DNA from: the human T2T-CHM13v2.0 reference genome, Homo sapiens
DNA length: 64,000 nt
Reading direction: 5' to 3' (one strand)
Assembly (NCBI RefSeq): GCF_009914755.1
Contig: NC_060925.1
Shown here: positions 29,425 through 46,570 of the stretch, one piece after another
Numbering within the stretch: the stretch's first letter is position 1
Layout: each line of letters opens with the position of its first letter
Program-made: the position numbers and the translations under genes
Notes under the pieces: model-generated
What the model saw: the letters and a program-made list of their open reading frames with translations, nothing else
The model's database searches: none
Told to the model about the DNA's origin: nothing

Positions 29425-31600
29425 CATTCATTTATTCATTCAACATCTATTTTAGACATTATTCTGGGGATACAGTGGTATACAAAACAGATAAAATTCC
29501 TTGCCCCTTGAGTCATCCATTCCAGGAAAGGAGAAAGGTAATCAACACGATCAACATGATAAGTTAGTAAAATATAAGTAAATGAGAGTGATAAGTCCTG
29601 GGGAGAAAAAAATAAAATACGAAAGGAGAAAATGAAATAGAGGTGAGGTTGCAGGGAGAGGGGAAGTGTTGAAATTTTAAATAGGGTAGCTAGGGAAAGA
29701 CTCACTGAGATGGTGCCTTTTTAGTGAAGAGCTGAAGAAAGTCAGGGAACAAAGTATATGGCTATGTTGGTGGGGGAGGTGGGGTGAATACATCATTTCT
29801 TTGCCTGGAATGACGTACCCACCCTGCCTTCCTCCCCAACACAGTCATATACTTTGTTTTGTTTTTCTTTTTGTAGTTTATACTCATATATTTGAAGAAC
29901 AGCTAGAGGTCAGCTCTGGCTGGAGTGCAGATAACCATGGGTGGAGAGTAATGGGGAATGAAATCTGAGAGGACACAGGAAGTCCAACCATATGAGGCCT
30001 TTATAAGGGCATTGAATTTGACTGAGATAAAAGGCCATTAGAAGGTTTTGAGCAGAGGAGTGACATGGTGTGATTTATGTTTTAACAGGATGACTCTGGC
30101 CACTGTGTTGGGAGTAAAATTCAGAGGGGCAAGGACAGAAGTAGGGAAACTATTTCTGCAGTAAGAGGCTGTTGTAAACCAGAAGAGAGGTGGTAGTGGC
30201 TCCCACATGGTAGCAGTGGAGATGGGGAGATAGTGAGAAGTGGTCGAATTGTGTGCATGTTTAATCACCTTTATTGAGGTGTAATTAACATACAATAAAA
30301 TGTACACAATATACAGTTAGGCATTTTAATCAGTTTATTTACTCATGACTACCACCACAATCAAGATATAGATTCCATCACTCCAAAAGATTCCTTTATG
30401 CTCCTGTCAGTCAGTCCCCAGCCCCAGCCCCCGGCCCCAGGCAACTACTTTTCTGCTTTCTATCATTGTAGAATAGATGTTTTGTTAGGAGAATTTCACA
30501 TAAATGGAATCATACCATATGTACTCTCTTTTCTGGCTTTATTTTAGCTCAGCATAATGTTTTTAAGATTCATCTATGTTGTTGTATATATTAATAGTTC
30601 CTTTTATATTGCTAAGTAATACTTCATTGTATGACAGTATATTTATTCTGAAGGTTGAGCTGTAACATATGACAGAAAGACAAGTCTAGGTTGAGTAACA
30701 AGAATGGAGTTGCCATTAACTGAAGTGGAAGATTGCAGGAGGAACTAGTTTTGGGAGGGTGAGGGAAATGTGGGCATCAGAGCTTAGCTTTGGACATGTT
30801 TACTAAACAAGTTTTAAATGTCCACCAAATAGGCAAATGGAGATGTCAAGTAGGCAGTTGGAGTTCAGTGGAAAAGTTTGGTCTGCAGAAATAGAGTTGG
30901 GAGTCATTGGCACATAGATGGTATTGAAAGCCACAAGAATTTGGGAATAAATGTTGAGAGAAAAGAGGTCCAACTACAGAGCCCTGGGGCACTCAAACAT
31001 TTATTGAGAGGGCGCAAGATGAGGTAAAACCAGCAAAAGAGATTGAGAAGAAGCAACCAAAAAGGAGGAGGAAAACCAAATGAATGTGGTACTTTGGAAG
31101 CCACAAGAAAAGGTGTTTCTAGGAGGAGAGAAGGATCAGCAACTATGTCAAATGCTACTGACAGATCAAATAAGATGAGGATTGAGAAATGATTACAGGA
31201 TTTAATACTGAGAAGTTTATTGGTAACCTTGAGAAGAGTGATTTTAAGATAGGAGTGGAGACAGTGCATTCAAGTTTTGATGTAAAGGGAAGATGAGAAA
31301 TATAGCAGTAACCGGAAGGGGAAATGGGAGCAAGGGAGCTTTTGTTTTGTTTTTGTAGGATAAGAGAAATAATAGCATTTCTATGTTGTTGGCAGTGATT
31401 CAGTAAACAGGGAAGAATTGATGATGCAAGAGAGAAAGGAGAGAGTTGCTGGATCAGTGTCCTGGAGAAAGCAAGAGAGAATGGGATCTAACACACAGGT
31501 GGGAGCAGTGTCTTTGGCTTGGAGCATGGGCAGTTTATTCATAGTGTTATAACATAGCTGTGGTTGTTGATGAGACCTTAAATAGATTAAAGCAGTGATA
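29425..31600 (-). mobile_element. Long L2 (L2a-like) fragment
   Basis: cattcatttattcattcaac...ggggatacagtgg...gaaggttttgagcagaggagtgacatgg...tgtcaaatgctactgacagatcaaataagatgagg. ORF 30904..31269 retains L2 RT-like LILFDLSVAFDIV. Confidence 0.85.
30262..30635 (-). mobile_element. L1M 3' end inserted in L2
   Basis: ctttattgaggtgtaattaacatacaataaaatgtacac...aaatggaatcatac...tttaagattcatctatgttgttg. Confidence 0.8.
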
Positions 31601-31651
31601 ATAGGGAGGAAAATGGACTAGATTTGAGATTTTAAAAAATCTATAGGAACT

Positions 31652-31814
31652 GGGGCACAGTGGTATGCACCTGTAGTCCTAGCTATTCAGGAGGCTGAGG
31701 CCAGAGGACCACTTGAGCCCAGGAGTTTAAGACTGTAGTGTTCTATGATCACACCTGGTGCATAGCCACTGCACTCCAGCCTGGGCAATATAGTGATGCC
31801 CTGTCTCTAAAAAA
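31652..31814 (+). mobile_element. FAM (fossil Alu monomer)
   Basis: Monomer with gatcacacctggtgcatagccactgcactcc. TSD aatctataggaac / aatctgtaggaac. Confidence 0.8.
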
Positions 31815-31833
31815 GTTTTTTTTTTTTTTTTAA

Positions 31834-32358
<525 letters not shown>

Positions 32359-32563
32359 CTGTCAGCATCTGAAATAGAGAATATAGGAGAGCAGAGGTAG
32401 TGGTGAGGGACCTCTTATGTTTAAGGTGTCTGTGGGACACATAGATGATGGTAATTGGATCTGAGTCTGGGCTGGAAATGGAGATTTGTGATCGTCAGCA
32501 TACTGCTGGTAGGTAGAACTAGAAGTTGAAAATATGAATGCCTAACGGCTAGGCAGATAAGTA

Positions 32564-33122
32564 CAGTCAAGTGCTGCATAAGGACATTTAGGTCAACGAT
32601 GGACCACATATATGATGGTGGTTCTATAAGATTATAATACCATATTTTTACTGTACTTTTTCTATGTTTAGATACACAAATACTTACCATTGTGTTGTAG
32701 TTGCCCTCAGTATTGAGTCCAGTAACATACTCTATAGCAGGGCATCAAATCTTTTGCCTTCCCTGGGCCACATTGGAAGAAGAATTGTCTTGGGTCACAC
32801 ATAAAATACACTAACGATAGCTGATGAGCTAAAAAAGAAAATTACAAAAAAACCTCATAATGTTTTAAGAAAGTTTATGTATTTGTATTGGGCTGCATTC
32901 AAAGCCATCCTGTGCTACATGCAGCCTGTGGGCAGCAGATTGGACAAGCTTGCAGGTTTATAGCCTAGGAATGATAGCCAAACCCTATAGCCTAGGTGTG
33001 TAGTAGGCTTTACCATCTAGGTTCATGTACTGATGTTGGCACAGTGATGAAATTGCCTAATGATGCATTTCTCACGACACATCTCTCAGAACAGATTCCA
33101 GTCATTAAGCAGTGCATAACTG
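32564..33122 (-). mobile_element. Tigger3a-like MITE split by MER30
   Basis: ta|cagtca...ggtcaacgatggaccacatatatgatggtgg...gcataactg|ta, with TA TSD. Confidence 0.85.
32738..32952. mobile_element. MER30 (hAT-Charlie)
   Basis: ttccctgggccacattggaagaagaattgtcttggg...ttggacaagcttg. Confidence 0.9.
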
Positions 33123-33169
33123 TAAATGAGTGAAGAGTATGGCTGTGTAAAGACTAGCAAGTTGGAGAG

Positions 33170-33440
33170 GTCACACCCTGTGTAAAGGGATAGCTGCCAC
33201 TTAGTTCCAGACAGTTGTAGGCTTGGAATGTTTGCCCATTGTTGTCAGATCATCCTTTTTTTTCCAAGAGAAGCCAGAAATTAATTAATTAATTAATTAA
33301 TTTATTTATTTATTTTTTGTGAATGGGGTTGAGTGTGTGTGTGTGTGTGTGAACTCTCCAGTTTTAGGAACAATTTTTTATGTAGACCGAATAAAATGCA
33401 TCTATGGGCTAGATAAAACCTTTGGATTTTTAGTCTTTGA
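33170..33440 (-). mobile_element. MER102-like fragment with (TTAA)n and (TG)n expansions
   Basis: gttgtcagatcatcc...ccaagagaagccagaaa...tgtgaactctcc...tctatgggctagat. Confidence 0.55.
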
Positions 33441-33784
33441 TTAAAGCCATGGTAGTCTTGAGTGTTATCCTTCTGGAAGATCAGAGTGAGAAGAGAGCTG
33501 ATGATTAAACCTTGGATCATACTAGGGTGGAACTGCTAACAGGCTCAGAGGAATGATCAGAGAGTTTAGGATGAAAGCTGTTAGCTTCAACCACATGAAA
33601 TTACTGTTTTTAATAGGTGAAAAGTAGTTGCACATTAGCTGTTCATATGGCTCAATCTAATAGAAGACTAGTTCTTACTAATAATTCGAAAAAAACTAAT
33701 TATTTGAATTTTACCTTCAAATAAAATTTTATCTGTTTAATGATTTAATATCATTCATAATGTTACTGACAATATATTGGGATA

Positions 33785-34020
33785 ATAATAATAATGGTTA
33801 ACATTTATTGAATGTTTATTTTATGAGTTTTAACTGAATAGTGCCTACCATAAAATAAACATTTTAACTCATGCAGTTTTCACAACCTTATGAAGTAGGT
33901 ACTGTTATACTATTAGTGTTTTTATTTTATTGATTAGAAAACTGGGAGCCACAGACACATAGCTAATATAAGACAGAACTGAAATTTGAACACAAACAAT
34001 TGTACCCTAGAGCCATTTTC
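33785..34020 (-). mobile_element. MIR
   Basis: aataataatggttaacatttattgaatg...cacaaccttatgaagtaggtactgtt. Confidence 0.75.
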
Positions 34021-34098
34021 CTCTTCATTGTTATAAAATATATTGTAGAGATTTGTCAACTAGTTTATAATTAACATTTATCAGAAAAGGAATTAAGA

Positions 34099-34366
34099 GG
34101 CCGGGCACTTTGGGAGACCGAGGTGGTGGGTGGATCACTTCAGACCAGGAGTTTGAGACCAGCCTGGCCAATATGGTGAAACCCCGTCTCTACTACAAAT
34201 ACAAAAAATTAGCCAGGGATGGTGGTGCGTGCTGTAGTCGCAGCTACTCAGGAGGCTAAGGCTGGAGAATTGCTTGAACTCGGGAGTCGGAAGTTGTAGT
34301 GAGCCGAGATCCCACCATTGCACCCCCGCCTGGACAACACAGTGAGATGCCTTCTCAAAAAAAAAC
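34099..34366 (+). mobile_element. Alu with deletion near the 5' end
   Basis: ggccgggc is joined directly to actttgggag. TSD ggaattaa. Confidence 0.9.
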
Positions 34367-34434
34367 GGAATTAATATAAAATAAGAAACTTTAAATTACA
34401 GTGCAGTTTAATGCAATTAAAAAATTTGACGCTA

Positions 34435-34606
34435 ATTAGCCGGGAGTGGTGGTGATGTGCCTGTAATCCCAGCTACTTGGGAGGCTGAGGTGGGAGGATG
34501 ACTTGAACTCAGGAGGCAAAGATTTCAGTGAGCCGAGATCGCGCCACTGCACTCCAGCCTGGCCGACAGAGCAAGACTCCATCTAAAAAAAAAAAAAAAA
34601 AAAAAA
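34435..34606 (+). mobile_element. Alu right monomer
   Basis: attagccgggagtggtgg...ctccatct followed by an A tail. Confidence 0.9.
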
Positions 34607-35019
34607 TTGACAATGACTGCAAAAATGATAATTATGTAAAGTGACACATTTGTTAATTGGCTAGTTCAAACCATTCCACAATGTATGTATACTTCAAAAT
34701 ATGTTGTACATGATAAATACAATTTTAAAAAATGACAAAAAAACCCAATTGGGCATTGTTAATGTTCTACATGTTCCATTACTTCGTAGAAATATTAGTG
34801 GCGGTGTTGGTGTTTGTGGTAGTGGTAAAAACTACTATTGCTACTACCAAATATCTGTTATGAACCAGGCACTGTATAACAGGCACTGTACATTACTTAC
34901 ATAATTCCTAAATTCCACAGCCTGTGAGATAGCTTTATGTCTAGTTTTAGAGTTAGAGTAACTGAGTTTCAGAGAAGCTAAGTGGCAGAGCCAAGATTCG
35001 TGCACATGTTGGTCTACAT

Positions 35020-35182
35020 CAGGGATTCTTAAAGTGTGGTTCTCGAATAGAGGGTCAGCATCACCTGGGAACTTGTTAGAAATGCAGATTCTTGCGCTCT
35101 GCCCCTCACTTGCTGAATCAGAAACTTTGGGAATGGGCCCGCTCTAGTGATTCTGATGCACTCTTAAGTTTGAGAACCACAG
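35020..35182. mobile_element. MER5A-like element within a MIR
   Basis: cagggattcttaaagtgtgg...cagcatcacctgggaacttgttagaaatgcagattct...agtttgagaaccacag. Confidence 0.85.
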
Positions 35183-35477
35183 GTCTGGATCCAATGGTTA
35201 AACATGTTATTCCAATTTACTCTCATAACAACCACTTACACATAAGAAGGAATTGTCCTCAATTTGTAGATAAAGAGAAGTGAGACACAGAGTTAAGTGA
35301 CTTGCCCTTGATTTTGGATTGTCTGTATGTCCTAACCTATATATTAGGCATGTCTTGCCTTAAGCAAATCTGATGTGTGAAAAATCAAATAAAATTTTAA
35401 AGATAAAAATTAAGGGTATGTATGTGATTAGTTTTCCATAAAATAATCCTTCATTTTCAAAGGACTTTACGGAAAAC

Positions 35478-35774
35478 TTTTTTTTTTTTTTGAGACGGAG
35501 TCTCGCCCAGGCTTGTCGCCCAGGCTGGAGTGCAGTGGCACAACAACAGCTCACTGTAACCTCCGCCTACCGGGTTCAAGCAGTTCCCTGCCTCAGCCTC
35601 CCAAGTAGCTGGGATTAGAGGCATCCACCACCACTCTCGGCTAATTTTTGTATTTTTGGTAGAGACGGGGTTTCACCATATTGTCCAGGCTGGTCTTGAA
35701 CTCTGGACCTTGTGATCCACCCGCCTCGGCCTCCCAAAGTGCTGGGATTACAGATGTGAGCCACTGTGCCTGGC
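35478..35774 (-). mobile_element. Alu (AluS-like)
   Basis: Antisense dimer. Confidence 0.95.
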
Positions 35775-35818
35775 TACAGAGAACATTTTTTAAGCAGTGT
35801 GTTCTCAAAAATAATTTC

Positions 35819-36144
<326 letters not shown>

Positions 36145-36205
36145 TTACAAATTTATTTGAATATACTTTCAAAGCAATACAAGTTGCCTAAGACAAAAGA
36201 CATAA

Positions 36206-36662
<457 letters not shown>

Positions 36663-37429
36663 TTAATTCAGAGAAGTTATATTGATCAAGTATATTATGG
36701 CAACATCAGTGCTACTGCATTAACATCAATCAATTTAGCAAGGCATATCTGCATCATTAATCATTTAGTAAATTATAAGACTAAACCATGGTTGCAGGCT
36801 TAAAGATCTTCTGCTATCTCAACACTATCACTAGTAAACAGAGGCCATTATCAGTAGGACTGTTGACTTTAAAAAATTTCCCTCTGTTGTTTCATATTTT
36901 TGATTTTCATGTGATAATTATTCTCCAAAATGAAACCAAATAATAAGATATTTCCACACTTTATGTAAGGGAAATAAATCAGTTATAACTAATTTTCTAA
37001 TTAGATTTTATCATTTCAATAGGTGTTAGTAGGGAAATCTACTGAATTCGTGTATTGGGAGTTTGTTGTATTATTGAGGAGGGTCGGACTTCACTGATGT
37101 ACTTTTCTTCTTCTTTATTTGCTTTCTGTACAAGATCCTCCCTAAATATTTGAAATTATAATCTTTCCAGGTTTAACTAATTAGGGACTGTTTGGCTTAA
37201 TAGCTAGCAAGGTTAGAGAGGATAGTTTTATTTTTTGTTAATAATTTTATTCCAACATCCTGTTTTCCATAATTTCTAAGTAGTAAAATTAATACTTGCT
37301 CACTTTAGAAATTTGGGAAAAGTATAAAGTAGTATAAAGATGATACTAATAATCATTCATAATCCTACCACTTGAAGATAATTGTTAGTAACATGGTTGT
37401 GTATTTCCTTCTGATCCTTCAGTTGTTTA

Positions 37430-37939
37430 CAGTAATCCCCTCTTACCTGAGGTTTCACTTTACACAGTTTCAGTTACCTGTGGTCAGCTGTGGTCTGAAC
37501 ATATTCAATAGAAAACTCCAGAAATAAACAATTGATAAGTTTTAAATTGCACACTCTTCTGCTCCATCCCACTTGGGTGTGAATCATCCTTTTGTCCCAT
37601 GTATCTATGGTGATGATGGTACCTGCCCATTAGTCACTTACTAAGTAGGCTTCTGGGTATCAGATTTACTGTTGCAGTGTACTGCAATGTTTGTGTTCAA
37701 GTAGCCCTTATTTTATTTAATAATGGTGCCAGAGCTCTAGAGTAGTGATGCTGGCATATTGTTATAATTGTTCTATTTTATTATTAGTTGTTAATCTTAC
37801 TGTGCCTTATTTATAAGTTAAACTTTATTATAGGCAAGTATGTAATAGGAAAAAATATATAGTATATATAGGGTTCAATACTATCCACAGTTTCAGGCAT
37901 CCACAGGGGGTCTTCCTATGATAAAGGGGGACTATTCTG
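37430..37939. mobile_element. MER44B-like Tigger derivative
   Basis: cagtaatcccctcttacctgaggtttcacttt...ccagaaataaacaattgataagttttaaattgcac...gataaagggggact. Confidence 0.8.
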
Positions 37940-37982
37940 TATGTGTATGAATGTGTGCGTGTTATAAAATTGAGTCATTCTG

Positions 37983-38193
37983 CCAGCCTGGCCAACATGG
38001 CGAAACCCCCTCTCCACTAAAAATACAAAAATTAGCCATGTGTCGTGGCTTGCGACTGTAGTACCACCTCCTCGGGAGGCTGAGGCTGGTAGAACCACTT
38101 GAACCCGGGAGGCAGAGGTTGCAGTGAGCCAAGATCTTGTCACTGCACTCCAGCCTGGGCAACAGAGTGAGAGACCATCTTAAAAAAAAAAAA
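37983..38193 (+). mobile_element. 5'-truncated Alu
   Basis: Starts at ccagcctggccaacatgg. TSD ttgagtcattctg on both sides. Confidence 0.95.
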
Positions 38194-38297
38194 TTTTGAG
38201 TCATTCTGTATAAATAGGTTATCCAGATTTTCAGTTCTAAGTATTATGTCATGATCCTTTCCCCATGACACTGAATGTTCTAAGAAAACATGATTTT

Positions 38298-38661
<364 letters not shown>

Positions 38662-39605
38662 TCATCTGTATTGTACACATTTTTCTCCATTTTCTCCATT
38701 TGGTTAATCTTTAACCAAATCTCTGGTTAACTAAGGATACTTAGATTCATAAAAGAATTTGTCAGAACTAAAAGCATAAATATTTTTAATATTTCTGAAA
38801 CAGTCTTGCCCAATTGCGTTTACTCTTCTGTTTTCATCACACCCCTCATCAGCACTTAGTATTATAATTTTAAAGGCATGCCAACTCAATGTCACTGCAA
38901 AAATATATTTTGATGTGTTTGTTTACTTGTTTACTCCTTTGACCATTTTTTTGTTGTTGTTCATCTTTTTTTATATCCTCCTTTTTTGAAAGTAAAAGGA
39001 AACAGACTTATTCATTAACACTATTTATTATTTCAGAAATTGCTGATATATTTAATAATGTTTTTTCAGTTTGGAATACATTGCTTGGTAGGTATTAGTG
39101 TGAGGAGTAGATTAAGATATATAGACAAAAGCATTTCCCTACCTTTGTATATAATGTACCTGAAAAAAATGCATGGAAGTAGGCTGTGTGAGTTGAACAA
39201 AGACTTGCATGGTATAGGAGGGTATATTCTTACCACATACTATAAAGTCCTTAATGACATTTTGCCTTTTAGAGAAAATATTTATTCATAAGATTTATTT
39301 ACACATTTTATTCCTTTCCTTCAAAAATGAACATATAGGCAACGGACCAGAGTCTGATGGGCCAAATTCTATGGATTGTCCCATTGATAAATATTTACTG
39401 TTTTCAGCATTCTTAATGATTTCTCGGTTGTATTATGTTTATTAAACTTATGTTTATTATTATTCCCATTGCCATTTTAATTTTTCTGTTTTTCTACTAA
39501 TTAAAGTAATGATAGTACAGCCATTTATGGAAAACAGGATGCAGGTTTCTCAAAAAACTAAAAATTGAACTGCCATATGATCCAGCAATTCCACTACTGA
39601 GTATA

Positions 39606-40254
<649 letters not shown>

Positions 40255-40404
40255 ATACATCCAAAGGAAATGAAATCAGTATGTTGAGGAGATATGTAAC
40301 GCACTCCCCGCATTCACTCATTCACTGTAGCATTATTCACAGTTGCCAAGATATGGAGTCACCCTAATTGTCCATCAGTAGATGAACAGATAAAGAAAAT
40401 GTGT

Positions 40405-40705
40405 GGCCGGGTGCGGTGTCTCACACCTGTAATCCCAGCACTTTGGGAGGCCGAGGCAGGCAGATCACGAGGTCAGGAGTTTGAGACCAGCCAGACCAAC
40501 ATGGTGAAACCCCATCTCTACTAAAAATACAAAAATTAGCCAGGCCTGGTGGCGCGCGCCTATAATCCCAGCTACTCAGGAGGCTGAGGCAGGAGATCGC
40601 TCGAACCCAGGAGGGGGAAGTTGTAGTGAGCCGAGATCACACCATTGCACTCCAGCCTGGGCAACAGAGCGAGACTCCATCTCAAAAAAAGAAAAAGAAA
40701 AGAAA
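40405..40705 (+). mobile_element. Alu (AluSg/Sc-like)
   Basis: gatcacgaggtcagg. TSD aaagaaaatgtgt. Confidence 0.95.
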
Positions 40706-40798
40706 ATGTGTATATATACACAATGGAATACTCTTCAACTTTATTTTCCTTTCTAATTTTTTTTTTTTTTTTGGCTAGGAGCAGTGTGTTGAGACCAG

Positions 40799-41739
<941 letters not shown>

Positions 41740-41927
41740 TTATTTGTGATAAAATGGATGAACCTGAAGGACATTATTCATTTAAATGTATAAACTTTAA
41801 AAATTGAACTTATAGTAGCAGAGAGTAGAATGGTGGTTACCAGGAGCTGGAGGCAGTGAATGTTGGGGAGATGTTGGTCAAAGGGTACAAAGTTTCAGTT
41901 AGACAGGAGGAATCAGTTCAAGAAGTC

Positions 41928-42224
41928 TTATTTATTTATTTATTTTTTGAGACAGGGTCTTGCTGTGTCACCGAGGCTAGAGAGCAGTGGCACAATCATA
42001 CCTCACTGTAACCCCCAACACCTGGCCTCAAGTGATCTTTCCACCTCAGAGTCCTGAGTAGCTAGGACTGCAGGCACTCACTCCCATGCCCAACTAATTT
42101 ATTTATTTTTTATTTGGTAGAGACAGGGTCTCACTATGTTGCCTAGGCTGGTCTCGAACTCCTGGCCTCAAGTGATTCTCCTACTTTGGCCTCCCAAAGT
42201 GCTGGGAATACAGGTCCGAGCCAT
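41928..42224 (-). mobile_element. Alu (AluJ-like)
   Basis: Antisense dimer within the L1 3' UTR. Confidence 0.9.
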
Positions 42225-42425
42225 GAAGAGATCTGTTATACCACATGGTGACAATAATTAATAACAATGTACTGTATTCTTGCAAATTGCTAAGAAAGTA
42301 GATTTTAAGTGTTCTCATCATGAAAAAATAAGTATGTGAGGTAATATTTGTGTTAACTGGCTTGATGGAGCCATTCCACAATGTACATATTTCAAGATAA
42401 CATGTTATACATGATAAATATATAA

Positions 42426-42788
<363 letters not shown>

Positions 42789-42837
42789 TGAATAGGATAC
42801 AAAATATATTCAAATAGTTGCCTGAACACTGCTCTTC

Positions 42838-42958
42838 TTCTTTTTTTTTTTTTTTTGCAAGAGAATCTAGCTCTGTCACCCAGGCTGGAATGCAGTGGCA
42901 GGATCATAGCTCACTGTGGCCTTGAACTCCTGGCTCAAGTTATCCTCCTACTTCAGCC
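42838..42958 (-). mobile_element. Partial AluJ right arm
   Basis: T tract followed by gctctgtcacccaggctggaatgcagtggc...cttcagcc. Confidence 0.85.
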
Positions 42959-43338
42959 CTACAGCCCTTCCCTAGGCAGTCCTTCGCTTCTAGAAAATAC
43001 CAGTACTCAATTTATTCCCTTCTTTTCATACATTCATTTTTTTCTAAAGAAATATTTGAGTGTTTATTGTATCCCAGGCATTAAGTTAGTTTCTGAGTAT
43101 AAAGGGTGAGCAAAGCAACATGCCTAATACCAAGGTTTTTGCATTTTGAAAACCATCCTAGAAGAGGCTTCCTGGTTGCACACAATTTCAGGCAGTTCTC
43201 AGACCCAGGTTAAATATCTCTAAGTTAAAGCTATAGTAATTCTGGTAATGCGTAGACTGCACTCACTCACCCTTGTTTTTACTTTTAGACTGCCAACTGG
43301 TAAATTCTCCAAGAAAATGCTTACTTCTACCATGATAA

Positions 43339-43631
<293 letters not shown>

Positions 43632-44149
43632 TGATTATCTTTGTCTTTTGAACCTCCTCCATTAACCTCTTACAAAAGACCTCTACAAGGCATTCATTCT
43701 TAGGATCATGGTGCTTTCATTAATGTATTCCACATGTAACACTGATACAGCGTATAGATTAAAGTTAAATTTTATCATTAGATTTTCTTAATATTAAATT
43801 TGGGACCATAAGAGAGTTTGAATACCCAGGAAAAAAGAAATCGAGTTCAAATAAATATAAGAAAGTCTCTATCTTTGCCAGGGGACCTCTGCTTTAGGTA
43901 ACTGCCCAGTGGGAGGAATCAGGGGATCAAATAAAAGAAAATTGAACTGGTCCTTGAATATGGATGATTTAAATCAAGTGGAGATGGGTGTCAGTGGGAA
44001 TTTTTCTTGGAGGGGATGATTGTAAATTTTTTCTGGAGAAGATTATTATGATATAGAAGTGAGCCTCTGGTGCATAAAAATGGGGTGCAGAGGATGCAAA
44101 TGCTTACTTCGGGTTCAGTTAACGTGCAGGGAGTATAATTCTCCTAGGT

Positions 44150-44290
44150 ACCTCACACATACTTAAAAAGTAGGTATTTTTATTCTCATTTTATAGATAA
44201 GGAAACTGAGGCTTGTGTAAGTTTTTATTCCATGTCACACATGTAGGAAGTGGCAGAGCCTGGATTCAAACCTATGCTCTTTTCATCACA
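44150..44290 (-). mobile_element. MIR
   Basis: cattttatagataaggaaactgaggc...gtcacacatgtaggaagtggcagagcctggattcaaacc. Confidence 0.8.
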
Positions 44291-45339
44291 TGGTGCTGCT
44301 TGTTCATGCCTTTCCTTCCTTGTTACTCTTGGCTATACTCATGTCTGTCTCTTTTACCATGGCTTAACCTCTTTGCAGCTCTAGCTTCACTGCTGTTCTC
44401 TCTCCTAAACAGCATAGCATCCTTCCTACACTGACTGTATTAGCAATGTTTTCATGCTGTCAGGTGGTTTTGGTTGTCACGTTTCTCCTGTGCTTAGTGT
44501 ATATCCATGTTGATGCTTGTCACTGGGCAGGGACCCAGCTGAGGCAAAGGAACTGGGGCATTGGTTGGAAAAGATGGGCTTGAGTCATGGCATGAGGCAT
44601 AAGATGATCAAGTCTGTTACCAGGTGTGTGGGAGGTTTGGAAACCTGGCCAGAGAAAGGCCTAGGGATGCTCCCCGTATGGATTTAAGGGTCAGGGAGTC
44701 AAACATTAACCTGTACCCAATTTAATTTTAATCCTGTTCTAACACACAGTTCTCTTACTGTGTCAACTGAGGGAGTATTCCCAGATTGTTGAAGGAAACA
44801 AACCAATATGTTTTCTCATATTTACTCCTTCTTTGCAGAAGTCCTGCTTTCCAAAGAAGACTGAATGTAGAGCATGAGGTTACCAGTAAAATAAGGATGC
44901 CAATGCTGACTCTATAAGTGTTGTGAGATTAGAGAAATGCATATAAATACTCAACATGGTGCCTGGCAAATAGCAGGGCTCGAAACACCTTAGCTGCTGC
45001 TGTTACTCTGTATGAATTTACTTGTGATAATGCTGCTGCTGTTTCTGGGATTCCCCATTTCTCCTTTTTCTAGTCTAGGGTTTGGCTTAGTGATAACCCA
45101 AAATTGAAAATCCCACACACTGAGGATGGCACAAGGGATACAGAACTGATGGAGTGCTATTCAGGGGGTCTCAGTTTGATAGGAGGAATGACTGATGAGC
45201 ATAGCAGCTGGTACAGCAGGAACTGTACCAAAGGCTTAAGTACATCTTCTCATTTAATTCTTTTAACAACCCAAAAGATAACTATAAGGAAACTTAAGCA
45301 CAGGATGCAAAATAACTTATGCATAGTATGTAATTTGGA

Positions 45340-45910
45340 ACAAATAATTACAGTACAACATAAGTGCCATAGAGACCTATGGAAATGTTGAAGAGAAAAC
45401 TAGTAGAGGCAAGGAAAAGCTTCACAGAAGAGATAATGTTTGATGTGGGTTTTGAAGGATGAAATAGAGGTGGAGATTGGCAAGGCTGGAAGTGGAAAGA
45501 AGGATCACTTAGCAACCTGCAGAGAAAGGGGCAGCACATTCTAAGCAAAGGGAACCGTGTATGCACAAGCTTGGAAGTGTGGAAAAGGATGACCTGTTTG
45601 AGAAATGTAAGAAGTGTCCTATATTTTAGAATACACGGGAGGTGAGGAGAAGGAGGCTTGAGTTGAGCTGGAACTAGATAGATCATCAAAGATCTCATAC
45701 ACCAGAATGATAGGTTAAAACACCTTTTCTGTAAATTAGGAAAGGGCAATTTTAGTCAGGGAAGCCTCCTCGTCACATTTGTGGCTCAGAGGGAACACTA
45801 GGAACCAGAGTGAAGAGAAGTGAGATTGGAGACAAGGAGCCTAGTGTGGAGCTTACTGCAGAGGCTCTGGTGAGAGATGGTGAAGGTTTGAACCAAGGCA
45901 GTAACGGTGG
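45340..45910 (-). mobile_element. L2 fragment
   Basis: aaagcttcacagaagagataatgtttga...cattctaagcaaagggaaccgtgtatgcacaag...gtgagagatggtgaaggtttgaaccaagg. Confidence 0.7.
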
Positions 45911-46276
45911 TTGCTTTTACTTACACAGGGTACATCCTGATTGTCAATGGATGGACTATGAATGGAACATGACTATTCGAAGTATAAAAATTGACGCTTG
46001 ACCATGTTCTCTCTGTGGGAGTTTTTAGGTAGCTTACAAAACTTTTGAGGAATTTACATTTTCAACTAATGAGATAAATCAGGGTAATGCCATAAATGCA
46101 ATGTGCAGTTGAATTTTAGCAATGTGGACAGGTTGGTTCATGGTAGAGAGAAGTGAATCTGAGCCATAGCCTATCTGAAAAGAAATACCTTTTCTAGCTT
46201 TATATATAGAAACTAGAACTAAGTTTAACATTGTTGTCTAATATATATTTTTTGGCATGTCATCAAGAATTTCTTG

Positions 46277-46570
46277 GGCCAGGCATGGTAGCCTATGCCT
46301 GTAATCTCAATACTATGGGAGTTTGAGTCAGGAGGATTGCTCAAGCCCAGGAGTTCAAGACCAGCCTAAGCAAAGAGGCGAGATCCTTTTGAAATTACCA
46401 GGGCATGGTGTTATGCATCTATAATCCTAGCTACTTGGGAGGCTGAGGTGGGAGGATCACTTGAATCTAGGAGTTCGAGGCTGCTGTGAGCTATGATTGT
46501 GTCAGTGCACACCAGCCTGGGCAACAGAGCAAGATCCTGTCTCTAAAAAATAAAAATAAACTAAAAAAAT
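46277..46570 (+). mobile_element. Alu (AluJ-like)
   Basis: Dimer with a linker deletion. TSD aagaattt. Confidence 0.9.

Noticed and set aside
31652-31814. 7SL RNA gene or pseudogene
   Set aside because: It lacks the 7SL S domain and has an A tail and TSD, consistent with a FAM monomer.
33279-33302. (TTAA)n palindromic run
   Set aside because: A simple microsatellite expansion within a MER102-like fossil.
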